This document shows positions 8,806 through 17,940 of a stretch of 64,000 nt of DNA, piece after piece. Position 1 is the first letter of the stretch; each line of letters begins with the position of its first letter. The translations under genes and the position numbers were made by a program. This DNA is from an uncultured Oscillospiraceae bacterium (GTDB taxonomy: Bacteria > Bacillota > Clostridia > Oscillospirales > Ruminococcaceae). The notes below the pieces were generated by a model that was given only the letters and a program-made list of their open reading frames with translations, had not been told where the DNA came from and made no database searches. Where the stretch lies: NCBI GenBank assembly GCA_964369445.1, contig CAYJFU010000001.1, forward strand, positions 3,409 through 67,408, read 5' to 3'.

Positions 8806-9141
8806 ATGACAGTACAGCAACTTATCGACCACTGTAAATTTGATATAATCTGTGACGGTGACGGACTGGACAGCGCTATAACCCCCGACATCTACTGCTG
8901 TGACCTTTTGAGCTACGCTATGGTGCGCGCGCCACAGGACGGTGTGTGGGTAACCGTTATGGGTAACCGCAACGTCGTGGCGGTGGCATCGCTCACCGAT
9001 ACAGCATGCGTCATCATCGCCGACGGCAGTGTGCCGGACGAGGACGCGCTGAGCGCCGCGCGAGAACAGGGCGTCGTACTGCTCAAAAGCGGACTGCCGG
9101 TGTTTGAGACGGCAAAGCTTGTCGAGCAAGCACTGACATGA
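8806..9141 (+). CDS. DRTGG-domain protein (second copy)
   Basis: 111 aa. VTVMGNRNVVAVASLTDTACVIIADGSVPDEDALSAAREQGVVLL is DRTGG-like. RBS aaggag. It overlaps the start of the downstream PHP gene. Confidence 0.6.
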   Translation: MTVQQLIDHCKFDIICDGDGLDSAITPDIYCCDLLSYAMVRAPQDGVWVTVMGNRNVVAVASLTDTACVIIADGSVPDEDALSAAREQGVVLLKSGLPVFETAKLVEQALT

Positions 9142-9847
9142 GTTGTTTTTATGACCTACATATCCACACGGCACTGTCACCGTGCGGCGACGACGACATG
9201 ACCCCCAACAACATCGTCAACATGGCGCTGTTGTGTGAGTTGGATGTCATCGCCGTCACCGACCACAACTCCACCGCCAACTGCGAGGCGGTTGTAAACG
9301 CAGCGCAAGGTACCGGTCTTACCGTGCTGTGTGGCATGGAGCTGTGCACCTCCGAGGAGATACATGTCGTCTGCCTTTTGCCGGACGTCGACGCGGCGAG
9401 ATATTTCGGCAACTATGTAAAAAGCCGCAGTCTGCCCGTAAAAAACCGCAGTGACATATACGGGCGGCAACTGCTGATGGACGCGCAGGACAACATCGTC
9501 GGTGAGGAGCAGACGCTACTGCTGACCGCCGCCGACATCTCCGTCACAAACCTGCACCACATATTATACCACTACGGTGGTGTGGCTGTGCCGGCGCACA
9601 TCGAGCGCGAGAGTTACGGTATGTTGTCGGTGCTGGGCACAGTGCCACAGGACTGTTTTTCGGCGCGGTGGAGGTGAAACGTTACGAGAATTTTATTGCG
9701 CGCCCTACCTCAACCGATGTAAAACAGCGGTACAAAATCATCACGAGCAGTGATGCCCACAACCTTGCCTCTATTAACGAGGCGCAAAACACCCTGCCTG
9801 TGGGCGCTGATTTTAAAGATATACACGCATATTTAAGTGAGATTTAA
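9138..9847 (+). pseudogene. PHP-domain (polymerase/histidinol phosphatase-like) metal-dependent phosphoesterase with an apparent 1-nt frameshift near 9653-9660
   Basis: The N-terminus has FYDLHIHTALSPCGDDDMTP...VTDHNS. The ORF stops at 9677, but the -1 frame continues GAVEVKRYENFIARPTSTDVKQRYKIITSSDAHNLASINEAQN... to 9847. The total length of 710 nt is 3n+2, and the break falls at a T5 run. Confidence 0.7.
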
Positions 9848-10607
9848 ATTGAACAACGAAAGCATAATTACAAGCAGAAAAAACGAGCGCGTCGTGCGCA
9901 CCGCCGACATACTGCGCGGCAAAATAAAGGACGAGGGCGGACTTTTCGCCGTCGAGGGGGTGCGCCAGTGCAAAGACGCGCTTGCCGCCGGCGTACTGCG
10001 CGAGCTGTTTATCACAGAAAAATGCCTCGGCAAAAACCTGTGCTTCGACCTTGGTGACATACCGGTAAACATCGTTATGGAGCACGTTTATGAGCGCATA
10101 ACGCTGTTAAAATCGCCGGAAGGGGTGTGCGGTCTGTGCACTTTACCGATTGCGCCGACGTTAAAAAGCTCCGGGCGGTACGCGGTACTGTGCGACATAC
10201 AAAACCCCGAAAACGTTGGTGCTATACTGCGCAGTGCGGCAGCGTTTGGCTTTGATGCCGCGGTTATGGTGGGCAACTGTGCCGACGTGACAGGCGCAAA
10301 GACGGTGCGCGCGGCGGCAGGCGCGGTTTTTGTACTGCCCACGATGCGCATGAGTAGCGATGAATTTTTCACCATTACAAAAACGGAAAATCTGCGCACG
10401 ATAGCGATGACTTCGGCCGGTGACATAACGCTGGACGATTGCGCGGCGCAGGACGGCACGGCGGTGCTTATCGGCAACGAGGGCGCAGGGCTTACCTCCG
10501 ACGTAATATCGCAGTGCGACTCTACAGTGCGCATTGAACTGTGCGACTTTGAATCGCTAAACGCGGCGGTGGCGGCCGGCATTGTACTACACAAATTTAG
10601 GAGATAA
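9837..10607 (+). CDS. TrmH/SpoU-family RNA 2'-O-methyltransferase (RlmB-like); the true start is probably a few codons downstream
   Basis: 256 aa with NPENVGAILRSAAAFG...LIGNEGAGL...SLNAAVAAGIVL, the SpoU methylase motifs. Confidence 0.75.
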   Translation: MRFKLNNESIITSRKNERVVRTADILRGKIKDEGGLFAVEGVRQCKDALAAGVLRELFITEKCLGKNLCFDLGDIPVNIVMEHVYERITLLKSPEGVCGLCTLPIAPTLKSSGRYAVLCDIQNPENVGAILRSAAAFGFDAAVMVGNCADVTGAKTVRAAAGAVFVLPTMRMSSDEFFTITKTENLRTIAMTSAGDITLDDCAAQDGTAVLIGNEGAGLTSDVISQCDSTVRIELCDFESLNAAVAAGIVLHKFRR

Positions 10608-10616
10608 AAAGACATA

Positions 10617-11273
10617 ATGGCAGATGTAAACTTATTACCAATTGTAATGTCCGTTGTAATTTCATACCTTGTCGGCAGCATCATGTTTGCCGTTTTGATT
10701 TCAAAGGGGATCTACAAACAGGACATTCGAACCCTCGGCAGTAAAAACGCCGGCATGAGTAACATGATGCGTAACTTCGGCAAAAAGGCAGGTATCGGCA
10801 CATTTGTCGGCGACCTGCTCAAAGGCACTGTCGCGGTTGTCGTGTCATCGCAGATTGGCAGTGCTTTTGACGGTAATGAGTTGACGGTGGTGCTCTGCAC
10901 ATTTTTGGGCGCGCTCGGCGCAATGTTCGGACATATGTTCCCACTTTACTTTGGTTTTAAGGGTGGCAAGGGTGTCGCGACCGGTGTCGGCTGTGTGTTT
11001 GGTGTCAACCCCGTCGTCGCGCCGATACTGCTTATCATATTTTTTATAGCATTTAAGAGCACCGGCTACTTTTCCGTCGGCAGTATAGCCGGCACGGTGG
11101 CTTTCCCGATACTACATCCGCTTTATTCCATGCTTGTCGGGGTACAGCTTCTGCCTGTCGAACTTTTTTTGTCGGTTGTGCTTTCGGGTATTGTGGTGTT
11201 TATGCACCGCTCGAACCTCGTGCGCCTTATCAAACACACTGAGCCGAAATACGGCAGTAGCAAGAACAAATGA
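10617..11273 (+). CDS. plsY: Glycerol-3-phosphate acyltransferase PlsY
   Basis: 218 aa polytopic membrane protein with GSKNAGMSN and FKGGKGVATG motifs. Confidence 0.9.
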   Translation: MADVNLLPIVMSVVISYLVGSIMFAVLISKGIYKQDIRTLGSKNAGMSNMMRNFGKKAGIGTFVGDLLKGTVAVVVSSQIGSAFDGNELTVVLCTFLGALGAMFGHMFPLYFGFKGGKGVATGVGCVFGVNPVVAPILLIIFFIAFKSTGYFSVGSIAGTVAFPILHPLYSMLVGVQLLPVELFLSVVLSGIVVFMHRSNLVRLIKHTEPKYGSSKNK

Positions 11274-11944
11274 GCAGAATATACTTTACCGATGAAAGCG
11301 GCGCACTGTCGCAGGAGGATATCCGTCACATGACGCGTGTGTTGCGCGCCCGTGTGGGGGATGTTTTTCGTCTGTCCGACGGAGCGGGTAACGACTACAG
11401 CTGTGTAGTGACAAGCCTGTCGCCGTTTTTATACGAACAAAAGGCGCAACTGCCGCCGACCCTGCAACGTCGCCGGCTGACGGTGCTACTTGCCGCCTCA
11501 AAGCAGGACAAACTTGCAACGACAATACGTCGCCTGACGGAACTCGGCGCGGCGGACATAGTGATATTCAAATCCGCCAACGGCGATGCAACACTAAAGA
11601 ACTTTGACTTTAAAGCAGAGCGCTACAGGAAAATTGTTATAGAAGCGGCAAAACAGTGCGGACGCAGTACTCTGTGCAACATACACTTTGCAAAGGATTT
11701 TGCCGCGGCACTGGGCAGTGCGCACGGCAGTGTGATATTCTGCCACGAAAAGGCAACTGTGCGGCTTTCGCAGATAACAGTGACCGATGACGTGACGGTG
11801 TGCATCGGTCCCGAGGGCGGTTTTGACGACAAAGAGCTTGCGCTCGCCGAGCAACAGGGTGCCACAGCGGTGCTCATCTCCCAAAACGTGCTGAGATGCG
11901 AAACCGCCGCCATAGCGGCCGCGGCAATGGTTATGGAGATGTGA
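11270..11944 (+). CDS. rsmE: 16S rRNA (uracil1498-N3)-methyltransferase RsmE
   Basis: 224 aa with a PUA-like N-terminus (HMTRVLRARVGD) and a C-terminal IGPEGGF...LRCETAAI SPOUT knot. Confidence 0.85.
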   Translation: MSRIYFTDESGALSQEDIRHMTRVLRARVGDVFRLSDGAGNDYSCVVTSLSPFLYEQKAQLPPTLQRRRLTVLLAASKQDKLATTIRRLTELGAADIVIFKSANGDATLKNFDFKAERYRKIVIEAAKQCGRSTLCNIHFAKDFAAALGSAHGSVIFCHEKATVRLSQITVTDDVTVCIGPEGGFDDKELALAEQQGATAVLISQNVLRCETAAIAAAAMVMEM

Positions 11945-12039
11945 AAAAACAAAGTTTGACTAAAATTTTAGGAAGCTAAAGTTCATTGTGTAAGTGCAAA
12001 ATACAACTAGGGAATATTGAAAGCTTCAATTAGCGGTAA

Positions 12040-12086
12040 CCCATGTTTCTTATCCCCCGCCGATGGCGGCGGATAAGAAACATGGG
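12040..12086. repeat. Family B hairpin (B3)
   Basis: cccatgtttcttatcc-cccgccgatggcggc-ggataagaaacatggg. The stem is 16 bp and there is no T-tract. Confidence 0.7.
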
Positions 12087-12127
12087 AAGTCAAATTGAGC
12101 GCTATATGTCGACACCCCAATTGGCAA

Positions 12128-12294
12128 TTATTCGCATATATCTTGTTCGTCACACTCGCTAAACAACTTTTCACATTTCATGTGTGCATTAATGATAATG
12201 GCTTTGCTTTGACAAGGTCTCCCTCACCAATTTGGTCAAGTGTGTGACATGTAGCTGACATTAAAGTTAAATACATTTCTTTGTAAATGTTCAT
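12128..12294 (-). pseudogene. Small hypothetical ORF divergent from an XRE regulator, apparently frameshifted
   Basis: RBS ggaggtgataat, then ATG. It reads MNIYKEMYLTLMSATCHTLDQIGEGDLVKAK and then shifts frame to ...IIINAHMKCEKLFSECDEQDICE*. The length of 167 nt is 3n+2. No family is recognised with confidence. Confidence 0.3.
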
Positions 12295-12313
12295 ATTATC
12301 ACCTCCATCTATA

Positions 12314-12336
12314 TTTTAACCTGAAACAGGTTAAAA
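12314..12336. promoter_or_regulatory. Candidate operator palindrome between the small ORF and the XRE gene
   Basis: TTTTAACCTG-aaa-CAGGTTAAAA has perfect 10-bp arms and lies in the divergent intergenic region. Confidence 0.5.
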
Positions 12337-12402
12337 ATCAACACCTAATTTTGTTTGTGTCATACTAAAATACAATGAAGACACAAATTTTGCGGTGATG
12401 AT

Positions 12403-12609
12403 ATGACCCACAACTACCGACTTCGCGATCTGCGCGAGGATGCAGACCTTTCACAAAGCCAAGTGGCACAGTATTTAGGCATGTCACAAACCGGTTATTC
12501 GAAATACGAAACCTATGAAAACGACATACCGACACAGGTGCTGATCAAACTGGCAAAGTTTTACGACACAAGTGTCGATTACATTCTGGGATTGACAGGG
12601 GTGCGTTGA
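12403..12609 (+). CDS. XRE-family helix-turn-helix transcriptional regulator
   Basis: 68 aa. LRDLREDADLSQSQVAQYLGMSQTGYSKYETYENDIPTQVLIKLAKFYDTSVDYILGL is a classic HTH_3 domain. Confidence 0.8.
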   Translation: MTHNYRLRDLREDADLSQSQVAQYLGMSQTGYSKYETYENDIPTQVLIKLAKFYDTSVDYILGLTGVR

Positions 12610-12640
12610 CAATATCTGTTTTAGCCGAGCTATAGTGTTA

Positions 12641-12677
12641 AATAACACCCCCTCGCCGGCGGCGATGGGGTGTTATT
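12641..12677. terminator. Family B hairpin (B4) in a bidirectional-terminator position
   Basis: aataacacccc-ctcgccggcggcgat-ggggtgttatt followed by ctgttt. It lies between the convergent XRE (+) and hexokinase-like (-) genes. Confidence 0.6.
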
Positions 12678-12687
12678 CTGTTTGAAA

Positions 12688-13992
12688 TCAGTTCGGTGCA
12701 ACCACTGCCGCGGCTGTTCCTATCAGATTTGCATTGTCGGCGCTGATAATCTCGATATAGCGTCCGAGCTGCTTTTCAAGATAGTGCTCAAAGTAGTAGT
12801 TGAGTTTCGGGCGGAAGTATTTCGACTTGTAGAATGTCGTGCCCTCCGCAACGACACACACGGGGCGCACCTTGCTCTTGCCGCGTCCTGTGCGGATAAG
12901 CACTCCGGCAAACTGCAATACCGTAAGCTTAGCTATGCGCTCAAACATGGCATCGGCAAGCAATAGTATCGTCTCGATGTCGTCCGGCTGTGTGCACAGA
13001 TCGTTTAGCTCGCCGCTTTTGAGGGGGTCAAAGCAGAACTTGTCAATGTTCATCGCCTGTAGGCTTTGCATAGCCGCTATGTTTGCCGCCGTGCCTGCGC
13101 TGAACAGTCCGTCCTGCGCCGCCTGTTTGAGCCACAGCAAAAACATGCCGCCCTGATAAGCACCGCCGGTCATCTTTTCCATGAGGTGGTCGCCGGGTAT
13201 AAGCGTGCCGTTGTCTAGCGTGATGTCAAGCTCGGCGCGCGGCATACGGATGTATTTTCCGCTTTCGGTGTTGATAATCATACTGCCGCCAACCGCCATC
13301 GCCTCGGGGTTTTTGGTTATAAGCTCGGTCGGCTCGCTGTAGCACAGGTTGGTGCCTGTGCCAAGAATAAAGCCGATGTAGCCGTCGTATCTGCTGGGGT
13401 CACTGCACGCGACACCACCCATCAGCGATGCCACCGCGTCGTTGACAAGGCAGTACTTTTTGCCGGTAATACCGCGCTTTGCAAGCGTTTTTGCCACGCC
13501 CTCGCACACAAGGTTGCCCTTTGCGCCGTTGACGTAGACCTCCTTTGCAAGTGCAACGATAAGTCCGTCGCGTTCCTTTGTTATGTTGCACTCGTAGGAA
13601 AAGCATATGCCTACGTAGTCGCTCTCGTTTATCACCGGCATGAGGTAATCGCACAGCGTCTCGTTAAACTGCTCATACTCGATAGCGCCCTCGGTGCCGG
13701 GCATTGCGTACTTTTGAAAGTATTCCACCCTTGCGCCACCGCCCTCAAATATGACCGTCGCAACGCGCAGGTTTGTGCCGCCGGCATCGACGACAATCAC
13801 CTTTTCACCCTCTTTGACGTTTATGTCGGCGCTGACAAATGTCGGTATGGCACACAGCCCCGAATCGTCACTGCCGGCAAGACTTGTGCCCAAAAACTCG
13901 GCGTAGCGCTCGCTCTCGAGTGCAAGATCAAAGCTGTCCGCGCTTATGCCGTGACGTAATAAAAACTCTTTAACTGCCTGTGCTTTTGTCAT
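12688..13992 (-). CDS. Hexokinase-family sugar kinase
   Basis: 434 aa. VVDAGGTNLRVATV (hexokinase phosphate-1 motif DxGGTNxRV), FILGTGTN and an actin-ATPase fold signature. Confidence 0.65.
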   Translation of the reverse strand: MTKAQAVKEFLLRHGISADSFDLALESERYAEFLGTSLAGSDDSGLCAIPTFVSADINVKEGEKVIVVDAGGTNLRVATVIFEGGGARVEYFQKYAMPGTEGAIEYEQFNETLCDYLMPVINESDYVGICFSYECNITKERDGLIVALAKEVYVNGAKGNLVCEGVAKTLAKRGITGKKYCLVNDAVASLMGGVACSDPSRYDGYIGFILGTGTNLCYSEPTELITKNPEAMAVGGSMIINTESGKYIRMPRAELDITLDNGTLIPGDHLMEKMTGGAYQGGMFLLWLKQAAQDGLFSAGTAANIAAMQSLQAMNIDKFCFDPLKSGELNDLCTQPDDIETILLLADAMFERIAKLTVLQFAGVLIRTGRGKSKVRPVCVVAEGTTFYKSKYFRPKLNYYFEHYLEKQLGRYIEIISADNANLIGTAAAVVAPN

Positions 13993-14004
13993 GATGTCTC
14001 CTTT

Positions 14005-15114
14005 TTAGTCGGTGTATATTCTCTCAACGCGTGGGGATATGTTGCAGAGTATCTCGTAAACAATTGTACCGCTTCTGCGTGCTATTTCCATCGCGTCCAT
14101 CGCCGGATAAATGCCCATCAATACAACCTTGTCACCTATGTTCGGCTTATTGATGTCAGTCACGTCCACAACCAGCTGATCCATGCATACGTTGCCGATA
14201 ACCGGTGCCGGCTCTCCCCCCACCGACACGATACCGCACCCCGAAAGGTGTCGCGGATAGCCGTCGGCGTAGCCCACCGTAATTGTTGCCACGGTACGCT
14301 CGGTGGTGGCGCGGTAGGTTCGCCCATAGCTTACCGCCTCGCCTGCCGTGAGGGTGTGCACCTGTGCAACGGTGGCGTGTAGGCTCAGTACCGGTTGCAG
14401 CCCGTCTATGTCGATGTTGCCGGGAGGATAACCCAAAAGACCTATGCCGCAACGCGCCGTGTTGCACACATCAAAGCGACCAAAGGCGGTGCCGGCGGTG
14501 TTCTCGCTGTGAATGTAGGTAAAGTTCTGCCCCTTTACCGCAAAATCGCGCACCAAATTGACAAACAGTTGTTGCTGTGTGTGCGTAAACTCGGTGTCGT
14601 CGCTGTTTTCGCAGTCGGCAACGGCAAAGTGAGTGAAAATCCCCTCCGGTATCAGCGACGGCAAAGCAAACAGCTTTTGCATCCCCTGCCTGTCGTCATG
14701 CTTAAAGCCGAGACGGTTCATACCGGTGTCGACCTTTAGGTGGTACTTTATAGAAAGTCCGTGCTGTGCAAGCCGCTCGCTGTGACGGCGCGCGTAGTCG
14801 TAGTCGTACATGGTGGCGCAGATGTCGCGCTGTGCCGCCTCGACAATGTGCTCGCTCGAGATGTAGCCGAGCACGACGATGGGTTTTGTTATACCTGCCT
14901 CGCGCAGGCGAAAGCCCTCCTGTACCGTCGCGACGCCAAAAAGCTGCACCTTGTCGCAAATCGTCCTTGCCACCTCGGTGGCACCGTGGCCGTAACCGTC
15001 CGCTTTGACCACTGCCATGAGGTTTTTTTGCCCTGCAAAGCCGCGCATAACATCACAGTTATGGCGCAGTTTGGTGCGATTTACAACGGCAAAGCAACGA
15101 CTGTTATTACTCAT
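14005..15114 (-). CDS. alr: Alanine racemase
   Basis: 369 aa with AVVKADGYGHG (PLP-lysine motif) and a VSYGRTY...GYADGYPR core. Confidence 0.9.
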   Translation of the reverse strand: MSNNSRCFAVVNRTKLRHNCDVMRGFAGQKNLMAVVKADGYGHGATEVARTICDKVQLFGVATVQEGFRLREAGITKPIVVLGYISSEHIVEAAQRDICATMYDYDYARRHSERLAQHGLSIKYHLKVDTGMNRLGFKHDDRQGMQKLFALPSLIPEGIFTHFAVADCENSDDTEFTHTQQQLFVNLVRDFAVKGQNFTYIHSENTAGTAFGRFDVCNTARCGIGLLGYPPGNIDIDGLQPVLSLHATVAQVHTLTAGEAVSYGRTYRATTERTVATITVGYADGYPRHLSGCGIVSVGGEPAPVIGNVCMDQLVVDVTDINKPNIGDKVVLMGIYPAMDAMEIARRSGTIVYEILCNISPRVERIYTD

Positions 15115-16078
15115 AGACCTTCTTTATGCGGATATCCTCGCCGGCAAAGTGCAGTTGGTCGCAACTTCCGAGCAGGCGCGAAGAGATTTTCTCGGTGTAA
15201 CGCGCACAGAGCATATCCTGTGTTGTTATGTTGGTGGTGTATATGGTGCAACGCTTGGCATTCAAACGCTGATTCAGTATGTTGTACAGCGTGTTGAGCA
15301 TCGGCGCATTGACAAGTTCACTGCCCAAATCGTCGATGATGAGCATTTGCGTCTCGGTCAAAAAGTTGAGCACATGTGAGGCACCGCTTCGGCGCTCGGC
15401 TTCAAGCTCTGCAAATATATTGCCGGCACTGACGTACACGGCGGTAAAGCCGTTTTTCAGCACCTCGTTTGCAATGGCAAGCGCGAGGTGGGTTTTGCCA
15501 AGTCCTGCCTCCCCTATCATCAATATACTGCGGTTGTCGGGAGAAAAATGGGTGGCAAACTCTTTGCAGTAGTCGTAGATGTCCTGCATGTGTGCGCGTG
15601 ATGTCTTGCCAAGCTCCGGCACAAATGTCTCGGTGTAGTACTTTATGTCAAAGCTGTCAAAGTTTGAAAGTTCAAGGGGGGTCGCCTTTGCGAGGTCGTC
15701 GCGGATAAGTTCGTTTATCAGCGCGTGCACACAGCCACAGATATGCCCTTTATATCGACCTGTGTCACCGCACAGCGTGCACTCAAAGTCCGGCAAAAAG
15801 TCCTCATGGCGAACGCCGGCAGCTTGATACCGCTCTTCCAGCACCTTGTTCATGGTGGCGATGTGCCGCCCCGTCTGGTTGTGCAGTGCGCCGACAGCGG
15901 ACAGTTCCTGTGCAACTTTTTGCGACAACTCCTGCCGCTGAGCCTCCAGATGTTGCAGGTTCGGGTTGTTTTTGTACATCTGCTCCGTCTTTTTTTGCAG
16001 ACGTGCAAACGCGCGCTGTCGCCGTGTTGCTATGCGCGATATCGCCTTAGACTTGTACTGTTGGTATGAGAGCATCAA
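15107..16078 (-). CDS. DnaC/DnaI-like helicase-loader AAA+ ATPase
   Basis: 323 aa with a zinc-finger-like CTLCGDTGRYKGHICGC, Walker A GEAGLGKTHLA and Walker B LIIDDLG. Confidence 0.75.
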   Translation of the reverse strand: MMLSYQQYKSKAISRIATRRQRAFARLQKKTEQMYKNNPNLQHLEAQRQELSQKVAQELSAVGALHNQTGRHIATMNKVLEERYQAAGVRHEDFLPDFECTLCGDTGRYKGHICGCVHALINELIRDDLAKATPLELSNFDSFDIKYYTETFVPELGKTSRAHMQDIYDYCKEFATHFSPDNRSILMIGEAGLGKTHLALAIANEVLKNGFTAVYVSAGNIFAELEAERRSGASHVLNFLTETQMLIIDDLGSELVNAPMLNTLYNILNQRLNAKRCTIYTTNITTQDMLCARYTEKISSRLLGSCDQLHFAGEDIRIKKVYE

Positions 16079-17007
16079 CTGTCCTTTCTGCGCTTAAATG
16101 TCGGCACGGTAGCGCGATTTTTTATCATAACGTCGTCCTTTGGCGCTGTTGCTTTTGACGGTGTAGGGTTTATGTTAGAGCCGGAATACGCGGCGCGGAT
16201 GTCCTTTAACGTCTTTTTGCCCTCACCGTGCCATCGCGTCAATATGCCGTTTATATAGCGTATTTTGCGCTTGTCGCCGGCGTGCATGACCGCTTCTTTT
16301 ACAACTGCCTCATTAAAATCGTACTCCAAAAACCACCTTTCCACAAGTTTGGACTCAGCAAACGTCACCGAGTCGCTCGGTATGTCAAGTAGCGCGGCAG
16401 TGGTTTTGCAGTATTCCGCCACCTTATGTCGGCGTTCGAGGTGACGTTCGGCATCCGCTATCGTCGTTATGCCGGTCTGAAGCCAACCTTTGACCATCGT
16501 GTTGACATAGCGTATCGATGGCTTGTCACGCTCAAAGGCGCAGTGTGCAATGGCAAGCGCCAACATCTCGGTCGGTGCACCGTCACACAGCACAAGTGTC
16601 GCCAGAAGGGAAACGTCCCCCGGTGAAAGGGTGTGCCCGAGTATCTCCTGTGCCAGTCGCACAAGCGAGCGTATGTCCTCGTTATCGGCGGCGGCGAGCA
16701 GTGCATCACTTCGCGATATCTTAACGGGGGAATCCTTTATGTCTTTGGATGGTGACTTTTCGGTATCTCCACTGCTGACGATAAGCCCCAGTCCCTCTAA
16801 AAAATGCAGTTCCTTTTCTATCGTAGCGGGGGTGTACCTGCCGACAAGCTCGCTGTCGAGTTGGTGTATTGACATGGGGGTGGTGCTATAACAAAGACAG
16901 AGCGCAACACGCAGGCGCGCTTCGCTCATGGTGGACATTTTTTTCAATAGCAAAGAGGGCACTGTCACCCCCTCTTTGCGCGCGCCGTCTGCGAGGCTGT
17001 AGTTCAT
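16075..17007 (-). CDS. DnaD-domain replication initiation/membrane attachment protein
   Basis: 310 aa with two DnaD-like repeats (IRYVNTMVKGW, IRYINGILTRW). It is translationally coupled to the downstream dnaC-like gene. Confidence 0.7.
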   Translation of the reverse strand: MNYSLADGARKEGVTVPSLLLKKMSTMSEARLRVALCLCYSTTPMSIHQLDSELVGRYTPATIEKELHFLEGLGLIVSSGDTEKSPSKDIKDSPVKISRSDALLAAADNEDIRSLVRLAQEILGHTLSPGDVSLLATLVLCDGAPTEMLALAIAHCAFERDKPSIRYVNTMVKGWLQTGITTIADAERHLERRHKVAEYCKTTAALLDIPSDSVTFAESKLVERWFLEYDFNEAVVKEAVMHAGDKRKIRYINGILTRWHGEGKKTLKDIRAAYSGSNINPTPSKATAPKDDVMIKNRATVPTFKRRKDS

Positions 17008-17096
17008 TGTTGTTCTCGTGTTTTTAATGCGATAAATTTATTTTATCATATTTTAATGTGTTGTCAACAATTTGAAGAGGTTAACCGACGAATATT

Positions 17097-17139
17097 TTTG
17101 TATTACCTCCCCCGCCGGTGGCGGGGGAGGTAATACAAA
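17097..17139. repeat. Family B hairpin (B5), downstream of the GNAT gene
   Basis: tttgtattacctcc-cccgccggtggcggg-ggaggtaatacaaa is a near-perfect hairpin. Confidence 0.7.
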
Positions 17140-17186
17140 ACGAACCGTTAGTGTGCAAAGCCATTTGGAAACATTCTCTTAAATCA

Positions 17187-17705
17187 CTAACCATCAAAAC
17201 CGTAAACATCGCGGTAAATTTTTTCTTTATACTGAAGAAACTCCGATTTTTGCATCGGTGCACGGTTGCGCATAAGCAACATGGGGATGGGGTTTTTATC
17301 CGCCTCCAGCGCCGGCATTATGTAGTGGAAACCGTTGAGATAAAACCCCCTGTGGCGGTAAAACTCTATGCGCCTTGCCGTTTCTTCGTCGGTTGGAAGC
17401 TCCACTTCAAAACAGATAGGGCAGTTGTAAGCCTGTCGCAACTCACGCAACATAACACTTCCCACACCTGTTCCGCGCGCCTTTTTGCTGACGGCGAAAT
17501 GCTCGAGAAACACAAAGCCGTCCAGTTCGTACACCGCCATTACTGCTATAAGTTTTGACTGCAAAAATGTGCCGAATAGCTTATAGTCCGTGCGTTCCAA
17601 AAGGGCAAGTTGCCCCTGTTTACTGCGCAGTTCGTCAGGAGGAAAACTGTCCTTTAAAATCTTGTACACCTCATCAAACATCGATTTGTTCAGTTGTTTT
17701 AACAT
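17187..17705 (-). CDS. GNAT-family N-acetyltransferase
   Basis: 172 aa with LEHFAVSKKARGTGVGSVMLREL, the acetyl-CoA binding motif A (RGxGxG). Confidence 0.7.
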   Translation of the reverse strand: MLKQLNKSMFDEVYKILKDSFPPDELRSKQGQLALLERTDYKLFGTFLQSKLIAVMAVYELDGFVFLEHFAVSKKARGTGVGSVMLRELRQAYNCPICFEVELPTDEETARRIEFYRHRGFYLNGFHYIMPALEADKNPIPMLLMRNRAPMQKSEFLQYKEKIYRDVYGFDG

Positions 17706-17726
17706 AGCTTGCTCCTTTAGTGTTTT

Positions 17727-17856
17727 CCGGTACTGTTAAGTTAAAATGAATGAAATATCATAGCGCTCTTGAAAATACAACTGTTTTCTTTTTTTGTCTT
17801 TCTTCACTACTTAGGCGGTGAGGAAAGACAGGCAACCGATATTTTTTCTTAACTCG
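17727..17856 (+). repeat. Composite repeat, family C (copy C1), containing hairpin 17795-17830
   Basis: ccggtactgttaagttaaaatgaatgaaatatcatag...gaaaatacaa...hairpin tgtctttcttcac/gtgaggaaagaca...gatattttttcttaa. It lies in the divergent GNAT/rmuC promoter region. Confidence 0.6.
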
Positions 17857-17940
17857 AACAGAGACATAGGACTTTACTCCTTGCAATTCCCTCTCTGTTC
17901 ATTTATACTATAGAAAAGATGAAAATATTACGGAGATGTT

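Noticed and set aside
15107-17007. The dnaD-domain plus dnaC-like pair as a prophage replication module
   Set aside because: No integrase, terminase, structural or lysis genes are nearby. The flanking genes are housekeeping (alr, GNAT, rmuC). The pair fits the chromosomal helicase-loading genes of Firmicutes.
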